Source: Octopus vulgaris (taxonomy: Eukaryota). From it: a stretch of 64,000 bases of DNA. Of this stretch, positions 53,698-64,000 are shown in pieces (within the stretch, counting starts at the first letter, position 1; the number at the start of each line of letters is the position of its first letter). The position numbers were made by a program, and so were the translations under genes. The notes under the pieces were generated by a model that worked only from the letters and a program-made list of their open reading frames with translations, was not told where the DNA came from and searched no databases. Where the stretch lies: positions 54,436,001 through 54,500,000 of the forward strand of contig OX597816.1 in NCBI GenBank assembly GCA_951406725.2. Reading direction: 5' to 3'.

Positions 53698-54111
53698 AGA
53701 AACAAAAATATGATACACAGCCTAGTGCTTTTTTTATGTTGATAAGCTTGGTACATATTCTATTAGTTTCTTCTTGTGAAACCAGTAAGTTATGGGTATG
53801 TAAATAAACGAACAGCAGTTGTGAAGCAGTAGTGATGAAGGTGAAACACAGAAACAAAGTCATACACATACACTTAAATATATACATACATATATATGCG
53901 ATTGATTTCTTTAAGTTTCTGTCTACGAAATCTATATATATATAAAATTTAAAGGACTGACCACTAAAAGTGGACAGTCAATATACTAGATATAGACGTC
54001 AAAATCGCTATTTTCCACGAAGAATGTGTTCTCAAGAAAAAACTCAACAAAAAACCAAAGTGTAAAAAATAAGCAAGACAAATGAAAATATACGAAATAG
54101 AAAACGATTCC

Positions 54112-54186
54112 CTATCTACTAATCAGTTTCACTTGTCAATATTCACGTATATGTATACGTGAACATCTGCAAGATCATCAGCATAG
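54112..54186 (-). ncRNA. Type I hammerhead motif with long stem II, in (TA)n-flanked element 53945-54312
   Basis: ctatg CTGATGA T cttg ca gatgttcacgtata ca tatacgtgaatatt ga caag T GAAA ctgattag TA gatag. Confidence 0.72.
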
Positions 54187-54363
54187 TCTGTCGTTTACAA
54201 ACATAATTTCCAGAACTAGATACAGAAAGCTTGACCGAAATCCCGCATGCATTTTAATATGCTAGACCACTGGTTTTAATTGATGAATATCAATTTCTAC
54301 CCTTATTCAATTTTATATATATATATATATATAAACATACACATACATACATACATACATACA

Positions 54364-54396
<33 letters not shown>

Positions 54397-54439
54397 GTAT
54401 GTACACACACACATACACAAAGATAAATTGCGTAGGCAA

Positions 54440-54792
54440 ACAAAAATATGAGATACTGCCTAGTGTTTTTTTTTATTTTGATAAGCCTGGTACTTATTCT
54501 ATCAGTTTCTTCTTGTGAAACCAGTAAGTTATGGGGATGTAAATAAACGAACACCAGTTGTGAGGCAGTGATGAGGGAGAAGCACAAAGACACACACACA
54601 TACTTACATATGTACATACATATATATATACGATTGATTTCTTTCAGTTTCTGTCTACAAAATCCACTGACAAGGCTTTGGTTGGTCTGAGGCTATAGCA
54701 AAAGACACATGCCAAGTTACCACACAGAGGGACTGAACTGAAGAAGATGTGTTTTGGAACGAAGTTTGTTACCACACAGCCACACCTGCACC
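54440..54792 (-). mobile_element. SINE family B long variant; 3' part duplicated at 53700-53932, head duplicated inverted at 55093-55148
   Basis: Direct sequence matches sharing diagnostic changes. Confidence 0.75.
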
Positions 54793-54858
54793 AGTGTGCG
54801 TATGCGCGTGTGTATGTGTGTATATATGTGAATATGTATATGTACATATTACATGTAC

Positions 54859-54905
<47 letters not shown>

Positions 54906-54939
54906 CATCTATCTATCCATCCATCTATCTATCTATCTA

Positions 54940-54988
<49 letters not shown>

Positions 54989-55324
54989 CTACACATATAC
55001 ATGTATACATATACATCTATATGTATAGAAATAAATGTATACATATACGGCTATACACACATACACACACACTCACACATCCATATACATATGTGCAGGT
55101 GTGGCTGTGTGGTAACAAACTTCGTGCCAAAACATATGGTCCTGGGTTAAAAATTAAATTTAAAATAATAAGGTTGAGAAATTGAATATTAATTTGATTA
55201 ATATGAATTGAAAACCAGTGGTGTAGCATACAAGACCATAGCGGATCTTCTTGTAGCAAAATGGATGTCTACTGTTAATGGTTCATCCCTCTTATATAAT
55301 AGTTTGACTTTAATAGTTTCAGTA

Positions 55325-55574
55325 TTAAAGTGAAAGTATCTGACATTACAATAGAGAGATGTTTTTGTTTCACTTTTAACACGTAATACTGAAATAGTGG
55401 AGAAGATATGATGTTGTTGTGGGCCCGTCCTAGGCAAGAAGTTAGAAGTTTTTTGCCCACGACACTACATGGGCCCTAAGTAAGGTATGTGTAAAATTTG
55501 AATGAAATCGGTTGTGTAGTTCTCAAGTTTTAGTGATTCACACTGACAGACAGACAGAGCGGCACACATTCTCA

Positions 55575-55585
<11 letters not shown>
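55325..55585 (+). mobile_element. Helitron/Helentron-like non-autonomous element, copy 1
   Basis: Matches 59150-59562; ends (GACA)n..TTTTATATATA. Confidence 0.6.
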
Positions 55586-55613
<28 letters not shown>

Positions 55614-55658
55614 ACGGAAAGGGAGGAATTTCGATTATCCCCACGTTGTGAGTTGTAA

Positions 55659-55694
<36 letters not shown>

Positions 55695-55793
55695 TGTATG
55701 TATGTATGTATGTATGTATGTATGTATGTATGTATGTATGTGTATATATATATATATACAGAGAGAGAGAGAGAGAGAAAGAGAGAAAGAGAG

Positions 55794-55857
<64 letters not shown>

Positions 55858-56462
55858 AACTAGATTGATATAGATAGATGAACATAGTTTATCAGATCTC
55901 AACATTCCATTGAAAGCTTTCCGCTCATAAGCCACAAAATATTAGCCTCTGTTAGAGTCATGCAATGTAGGACAGCAGTTAAAACATAGCTCCTCCCATT
56001 CTCTCTCTCTCTCTCATTCTTTCTTTCTTTCTTTCTTTCTTTCTTTTCCCTTTATCTGCCTGTCTTTTTCCTTCTTTCTTTCTTCCTTTCTCCCTTCTCT
56101 CTCTCCCTCTCTCTCTCTCTCTATCGCTCTCTCCTCTCTGTATCTATCTTGTCTATCTCTGCTACACCACATATCAATAAACCACTCGAATATTCTTGCA
56201 ACTAATTGCATTATTATCCCACAAGGGCTGTTTAGAGTTTAAGCTGTGAAACTGTTTTAAATTAATGTCTTTCTACATTTCTTTCTCTTATAATAATTAT
56301 CGAAATATGAAACAAAAACGAAAAATACAAACACACACACGCACACTCACACGCACGCACACTCACACTCAAACCAGCATACATACATACACACACGCAA
56401 AACATCCCTTTATGGACCTTCTTTAATAGTCTATTCTGAATATTTATATATGCACGCACCTG

Positions 56463-56567
<105 letters not shown>

Positions 56568-57339
56568 ATATATATATACATACGCGTATATGTGTGCGTG
56601 TGTGTGTACATTCACCCAGAATATTTCCTGTATTCTTATCACCATTTACTCTTCCTTTCTATCTCCGACCGCTCCTTTCCCCCCTTTCTGTTCTCCCCCT
56701 ATTAGATACAAATCCCTTATATAACATTTATTTCCCCCCCACTCCGACTATCATAATTTCTCATTCGCTATATCACTCTCTACCACCATTCTCCTGTTTT
56801 TCTCTAAAATCATCTCCGCTTTCCCTCTAGTAACGTGTATCTTTCCTTTCCCGACTCCTTTCCAATCTTGCCTCGAAATCCACAACAAAGAACCGTTTGT
56901 ACATCGTTCACAAGTAGCACTCACCATTGAGATTGACAATGAAAGTAAGACAGAATACTTGACATTGAATCGTCTATTGTATTTGCTTGTGTCGGTCATC
57001 AGCTAATTAGCCTGTCTCTATATTTAGAATGTGAAGAACAAAGAACACAGCTTCTCCATATAGCCACCAGATGTCTCTGCCTACCCTGTTAATACTCAAC
57101 AATGTTTGATAAGAAACAACACATTCGATTCTTACCACTTTAACAAGCGTTTTGATTTTTGTTTCATATTTACTGTTGGCTCTCATATTTCTCGAGTAGA
57201 GTTTGGCAATGGAACAATGTAAGACATTTTAGATTTTGGAATATCTCGGATAACAGCATTACGAAAGGGCGACCTTTGAAACGGAGATAACCAAAATGGT
57301 TTTAATGAGGCGTCTAATTGAAGTCTCTTACGCTCTCTC

Positions 57340-57396
<57 letters not shown>

Positions 57397-57562
57397 GCAT
57401 GTATGTATTATATTAATGCACAAGCACATACATACATAATGTATGCACAAAAATACATAATGCATTTTCAAACACACGCTCACACCTACACAAATACACG
57501 TAGATAAACACACACACATACACACATGTATTGTAAGAAATTAAATTATGTCTGTTTATATA

Positions 57563-58620
57563 CAGGGTGCGTGGGGTATTTGAGGACATTTAGTTCAATA
57601 AAACATCAAATTATTTAGTGTATAATTTTTTTTACAGATAACCTTTTCAAAATATGCTAACTCAAGGAATGAAAGGACATGCAGTCATAGTTGCTATACA
57701 TGCAAACCACAGTGATTTAGAAATTAGCAACTTTCTAAATGTTGCATGATCATTTGTACACAGAGTTCGGTTGGATTTGGAGGAATGTTTTTTACCTGTA
57801 TCATAGAGAAAAAAAGCATTCCCAATGCTCAAACACTAAAAGGACACCGGAATTTATACAGCATGTTCAACCTCAGAAAATCAATGAGGTCCGTTGCTAA
57901 AGAACATCGGGTGTCAGAGTGGACTATTAGAACTGTGGTACATCGTGACATTCGATACAAATCCAATGTAAGGAGGAAAAATCAATTGGTGTCTCCAAAG
58001 ACACAGGAAAACGGCCTTATCCGTTCAAAACGGTTACTTAAAGTGAAAAACCCCCATGAACAAGGCATGATGTAGTTTTTCTCTGACGAAAAAATTGATG
58101 GGGGTCAAAACTCTAGCAGAAGAAATGAAAGGTGGTTATGTGCAGATCCTTCTGAAGTACCCAGAGTAATGCACATGACATTTCCAGCAACTGTGATGGC
58201 AAAGATCATGTGTTCCTCCCCACTTTTTTCCCACAGGGTCTTAGAATTAATGATACTGGGTACATTGGGGTACTGGAAACTGTTATCAAGCCCTGGATTG
58301 ATGAGGTATGCAATGGAAGGCAATACGTGTTTCAACAAGTTTCAGTACCTTCTCACAAAGCGCTAGTCACCCAAGAATGGTTGTCAGACAATCTTTACGA
58401 TTATGTAGCACTCAATATGTGGCCTCCAAACTCGCCAGATTCGAACCCCATGGACTACTACGTGTGGAGCGCTATTGAAAGGATATCATTCTCATAATAC
58501 CATAGCTTCTCTGAAGGCCGCCATTGTCCAGGTGATGTCCGAAATGAATAAGGAGCAAATAGTGTCAGCATGCCAGCAGTTTCGGTCCCGCATTGAAGCA
58601 GTCATTGAAGCCAAACAGGG
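57563..58620 (+). mobile_element. Degenerate Tc1/mariner-superfamily (maT-like) transposon
   Basis: TA-CAGGGTG start; FSDEK, FQQ.SVPSHKA..TQEWL, WPPNSPDSNPMDYYVWS motifs; frameshifted. Confidence 0.8.
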
Positions 58621-59149
58621 ACACAATTCAATTTTTAAACAATAACCAAAGCTCCTTCTCCCAAAGGTGGAGGGTTACGGTTTACAATTATTTAACAAAT
58701 GCAACATAACAACGTTTCCCTTACGAGGAACCAACAAACGTGATAATAATAGTTAAACAGTAATAATAATAACAACAAACCTTACGGTGAATCAAAAAGC
58801 AGTACGCAGTTGAAGCTATAGTCCTTTATGTATAAGAAATAAACCAACAGCAGTACTCAGTAGAAGCGGCTGTTCGAGAAAACAGACGTTACATACAGCC
58901 AAACTTCATATAGATACTTAATGCTAGCTAATAAAGTGTATGTGCACAGCTCCATCTGGACTATTCCATTTCTGCACACTAATTTCCTTTTTAATTTATT
59001 CCCATTCATGTGAAACCATTTATTCAAGTTCAAATCATTGATGCAAATTTATACCAATTGCTATTTTTACTTTTGTTATGTTACGATTATATTATACTTT
59101 AGCTTGATTTTAATTATTACTTACTACATATAATTCAATTGTAGTTGTA

Positions 59150-59562
59150 TTGTTAAAGTGAAAGTATCAGACATAAAATAGAGAAATGTTTTTGTTTCAC
59201 TTTTAACACGTAATACTGAAATAGTGGAGAAGATATGATATTGCTACGGGCTCGCCGTAGGCAAGAAGTTAAACATTCTTTTTGCCCATGAAACTACATG
59301 GACCCTAAGTAAGGCATGTGAAAATTTGAATGAAATTGGTTGTGTAGTTCTCAAGTTTTAGGGAATCATAGTGGGGAAGATATGATACTGCTGTGGGCTC
59401 GCCCTAGGCAAAACGTTAAAAAAACGTTTTTGCTGATGACACTCCCCGGACCCTAAGTAAGGCATGTGTAAAATTTGAATAAAATTGGTTGTGTAGTTCT
59501 CAAGTTTTAGGGAAACACACAGACAGACAGACACACATTTTCAGTTTTATGTATATAGAGAT
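59150..59562 (+). mobile_element. Helitron/Helentron-like element, copy 2, with ~150-bp internal tandem repeat
   Basis: 59220-59365 repeated at 59368-59515. Confidence 0.6.
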
Positions 59563-59679
59563 ATCTGTCTGTCTGTTTGTCTGTCTGTCTGTCAATATAT
59601 CTATCTACTTATCTGTCTGTCTGTGTGTCTGCCTGTCTGTCCGTCTGTCCATCTATCTATCTGTCTGTCTCTCTGTTCG

Positions 59680-59712
<33 letters not shown>

Positions 59713-60001
59713 TTGTCTGTCTGTATGTGTGTCTCTCTATCTACCTATCTATCTATCTATCTATCTATAGCCACCTTGAGCATAATCCTATGAACCAGGA
59801 AAAATTTAAAACAGAGTTACTCACTTGAAAATAAACGTGCTAACATGTGACATTACTGACCGAGGTTACCGTGGTCTTTTCCGTAGGCTTTTCTTTCCAG
59901 GGATAAACCTTATCTGCTTCCCACTTTACACTTTACATCATGACATTTCTGAAAAAATTCTCATAGCCTTCGTGGTTTCATTTAGCCATTTTATTTCCAA
60001 A

Positions 60002-60355
60002 ATGGCCACTGGTCACCACGAGGCTGAGGTGCAAGTCAAGCGTGACGCAGAGGCAGAAAAACAGGATGCTCTGTTAGCGTACGCTGAACCTGACAACTCC
60101 ACCACCATCAACATCGACAACAGCAACAAATACAAAACAAAGGTCGCAAGGCCAAGCACCGTCAACACCATCAGTGAGTCCACCACCACCAACACCGACA
60201 ACAACACCATGGCAGAATCTGCTACTAAAACTGCTATCCCTACTAAAGACATCGCCACCAATAACAATACCAACATCACCATCACCGCCACCAAAGACCG
60301 TGCCGTCAATGCTACTAATACTACAAACACCACCGCCATCACCAAGAACGACAAT

Positions 60356-60390
<35 letters not shown>

Positions 60391-62118
60391 CGACGACGAC
60401 AACAACAATTCCCTTCAACCACTGCTCACTCCATCACCAACAAGTGAAAAAATAACGACGACAAGCAAACGAAATGTCGAAATTTGCGCTAATGCAGGAC
60501 TAAATTACGCAGGCAATTTTCCACCCCTTGCTAGTTGCATAATCAGCAACCACAAACCTACAACCCACACCCCTGCCATCAACACAAACACCACCGGCAG
60601 TAACAACAATAACAAAACAACAACAAACTTCGCCGAGGCGATAAAAGAAAAGGTAACAAAAGTTTCGTTTACTACACAACAGATTAAAGATTGCAGAAAC
60701 CTTATTACAAATGAAAACGGAAAAATACTCTTACACATACCTCAACACATACTGAATGAGGAGAAAAAAAAGACAATTGTATATAAAATCACAAATAAAA
60801 AAACTAAAAGTCCAGAAAAGGCAAGCACAGACAAAGTCGAAAAGTGCTTACGCCCAAACTGGGGATACAAGGATTGTGTGACTTGGGCGAACAAGTTCGC
60901 ACACGTACAGGTGGTTTTTCAGAATGAAGAGTTGGCGAAGAAATTCTCAACGATAACCCTTCATTCTGATGAACTAACGTTGACACCGAGTTACCTCGGC
61001 CAGAAGGTGACGAAAGTCATTATCAGTGGTGTCCCCAAGTGACTACAACACTGTGGATAACATCCGCCTTAACATCCGAAATGGAGGACTTAAACATCCT
61101 AGATATCGGTGTTTCGGAAAACAAGGACTGGCTGGGAAAGAGAATAGAGTTCCTCTTCCACATAAGTCAAGAGGACATAAATAAAATCCCCACCCACGTA
61201 CATCTTGAGGATGGCCGCAAGTTATACGTAGTAGTCGAGGGCAGAAGGCCACGATGCTATACATGTGGCAGTGAGGCACACCTCAAAAAGGAGTGCAAAT
61301 CTGCCGCAAAATTACAACAACAACAACAGCCACAGGAAAAATCACAAAAGCCAGGATTATTGCCCACACCACAATATGGACAGCTAGTCAAGAAGCTGTA
61401 TGCGGAAATGCAGGAAAAACAACAAAGAACAAGCCAACCCAACCAAACAACACCAACACCAGCGCCAAGAACAGAATCATCACCACCAACAACAAATAAA
61501 CCAATTCCAACACCAAGAATAACAACGAAGAAGACAAGCACCAAGGATGTAGGAGAGACAATAACCACAACAAACCCCCCAGCAACACCCTCCCCGCGCA
61601 CCACAACAATATCTACAACCGCACAAACACACCCAGACGCTTTACCCTTGCCCCCTGCTGATTCGTCAGACTTTTCATCTAACGATGAAAGTTCGACAGA
61701 ATGGCAAATAGCCACAGGGGGTAAAAGAAAAAGATCAAGAAAAACCAAACAAGAAATCGCAACCAAAGCAGGGAGATACCTGAACCCTGAAAACTCCATA
61801 CACAACAAAACAAGCACCAACACCACAAAAACAATGCTATCAGCGATAGACACAAAAGACTCCAAACTAATGGAGTACATCACAGGATACACAAACATTT
61901 GTGAAGATGACTTTAAAAATAGCAATCATCCACGCACTACACCACCCAAACACATCAAAATACTACACATCACACAAACACAACACCACAAACTCAAAGC
62001 CCTCTTCCCAAATGTTGTAGGGGGTTTCCAGAAATATCTGTCCCAAAAACTATATAGAAACCTCCTCGAAGACACATCAAAGAACGAGGAAGCCAAAACT
62101 TTCGACACAAGTAAGTAA
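60002..62118 (+). pseudogene. LINE ORF1 (gag-like), one frameshift at ~61039
   Basis: Starts MATGHH; Thr/Asn-rich with poly-Asn; zinc knuckle CYTCGSEAHLKKEC; basic GGKRKRSRK. Confidence 0.8.
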
Positions 62119-62168
62119 CTCTCTGTACTTTCATTTGTGTGTTTTAAAGCACACACCCCAATAGAATC

Positions 62169-64000
62169 ATGGTCAAGATTGGTTGTGTGAATGCGCGTGG
62201 CTTGGGGTCTCCTTGGAAACAAGGATACCTCCTAAATGACATCAAGTCACATGATTTGGGAATCATAGCCATAAGTGAGACCAGACTCCACGAGCCACGG
62301 GCCCTAAAGTCCATGTTTGGCGGACAGTTTAACATTTATTTCGCTCCCTGTCTGCCGAGGATGGGCGGTAGTGGCACCGCGGTACTTTTTCACAAGAGCC
62401 TGGATCTCGAAGTCAAGACGATATTCGTAGACCCGGAGGGTAGACTGATCGTTCTGGATGTTGACGGCAGCAATGGGTGCGCTTTTCGACTCGTATCAGT
62501 CTACGCACCGCCCTTAACAGGTCGGGCGGATTTCTTTCGACGTCTAGAAGTATTCTTGGGAACGTCTCGTCCTTTACTCTTAGTGGGGGATTGGAATGCT
62601 ACCTTGGACACGCATGTAGACTACGTGGGTAGAGACAGAAACAGAAGGGGATGCAAATGCCTCAGAGACCTGCTCAGACGATTCCAACTGTCTGACAGGT
62701 ACCGACTCGACCACCCAAATGCACCAACGTTGACATGGAGCAACCGCAGTGGGTCGTCGAGATCGTATCTAGATAGGATACTGTGTAGGACAGTAGACAA
62801 GGATAACTTAGGATGTCCACAATTCCACACAGTCAGCTACACGGATCACAAATTGGTGACGTGTACGCTAGACTTAGATAAGGCACATAGACAGGGTCCT
62901 GGGTACTGGAAACTGAACGCCTCATTCCCGTCCAGACAAGTTTTCAGAGACCGGATTAGCACACTAGTAAAGAGGGCTTTGACGGGAGCCATCATCAACA
63001 ACAAATGGTGGTTTGCCCTCAAGAGAGCAGTAAAAGCAGAAGCGATTAGGTACAGCAAAGCACTAGCCATAGATAGAAATAGAGTAGAGGGTGAGCTAGT
63101 TAAGAAGCTAGAAGAGGCAATTAGAAGCTGCATCGCATCCGACGTTTTGGCGGCGAGGTTGGCCCTCGACCAACACTTCAACGCCAAACACGAAGGATGT
63201 GCTGTCAGAGCTAGGATGCGTGCTCTAAGGAACGAAGGTGTTGGAGCCACGAGAGAGGCCCGGGTGGCAGAGGCGCAACAGGGCAACAAAGCCACCATTC
63301 GGTCACTGGTAGATGAACAGGGGCGTGAATTGCTCGAGCCAAGTAAAATGTGTGAGGCCTTTCAGCAGCATTTTGCCCGACTGTTCGGGACGAGTGGAGG
63401 GCAATAACGTAGGGTAGACTTCAGTGCCTACCTACATAGCCTGCCACGACTCTCGACAAGAAAGGCAGGGTGCTGCGAAGGTGCCATCACGGCGGCGGAA
63501 GTGCGGGAAGCGATGGCAGAATGCTCGAGGGACAAATCACCGGGTTTGGATGGTCTACCCTACGAATTTTACTATTGTATGCCAGACTTGTTTGGAGACG
63601 TCTTGGCAGTGGTATACTGCAACTGGCAGCAAAACGGGAGCATACCCGGTTTTGTGAGTCGAGGAGCTGTAACTCTGCTGAAGAAAGATCCAAACAAGGG
63701 AAACATTATAGATAACTTTAGGCCAATCACTCTGCTCAATGCAGACCTGAAAATCTTCACAAAGGTGTTAGCCAAGAGGTTGGCGCTTGTCATGGAGAAA
63801 CTGGTCGACAACGCACAAACGTGCGCCGTGCCGGGCCGGAGCATCCATGACAACCTCCATCTGATGCGCTACATCATAGACAGGGTAGTTAACGAACCTG
63901 GCATGGGTGGGGCCCTGATCAACTTGGATCAATCGAAAGCCTTTGATAGGGTAGACCATCGATACTTGGAGTCAGTCCTGAGAGCGGCTGGTTTCGGTTC
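62169..64000 (+). pseudogene. LINE ORF2 endonuclease-reverse transcriptase, one in-frame TAA at 63405-63407
   Basis: NARGL..ISETRL..VYAP..VGDWNA..SYLDRI..TDH; after the stop the same frame gives KSPGLDGLPYEFY, FRPITLLNADLKI, LDQSKAFDRVDH. Confidence 0.92.

Larger units (their letters stand above)
59841..64000 (+). mobile_element. Tx1/L1-clade LINE, 5' complete, running off the window
   Basis: 5' UTR, CCHC-knuckle ORF1 and APE-RT ORF2. Confidence 0.93.

Noticed and set aside
56827-57006. Minus-strand CTGATGA ccgac ... gtcgg GAAA
   Set aside because: Needs a >130-nt loop, stem III does not form and stem I is weak; likely chance.
61030-61045. Programmed -1 frameshift in LINE ORF1
   Set aside because: No canonical slippery heptamer; a single indel in a decaying copy is simpler.

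Overview
AT-rich, microsatellite-saturated eukaryotic DNA made almost entirely of nested transposable elements. I found no host exon, rRNA, true tRNA gene or CRISPR array. The SINE families and microsatellite load look like an octopus (coleoid cephalopod) genome; this is inferred from memory, not from a search. Largest elements: a complete hAT transposon (14769-18531, 8-bp TSD) whose 705-codon transposase has one in-frame TGA, and a Tx1/L1-type LINE (59841 to window end). There are also fragments of R4/Dong-like, CR1, RTE, mariner/Tc1, piggyBac-like and Helitron-like elements and three tRNA-SINE families. The main unexplained signal is an unusually dense, diverse set of type I hammerhead ribozyme (HHR) motifs in short non-coding elements. 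These include (TA)n-anchored tails, all on the minus strand and including G3-C8 and U10.1-U11.1 variants; a ~160-bp tandem retrozyme-like array; and a head-to-head tRNA-promoter/hammerhead palindrome. A bipartite element links the 5' end of the Tx1 LINE to the 3' tail of the commonest SINE. All folds were made by eye, most boundaries are approximate, and no activity is shown.
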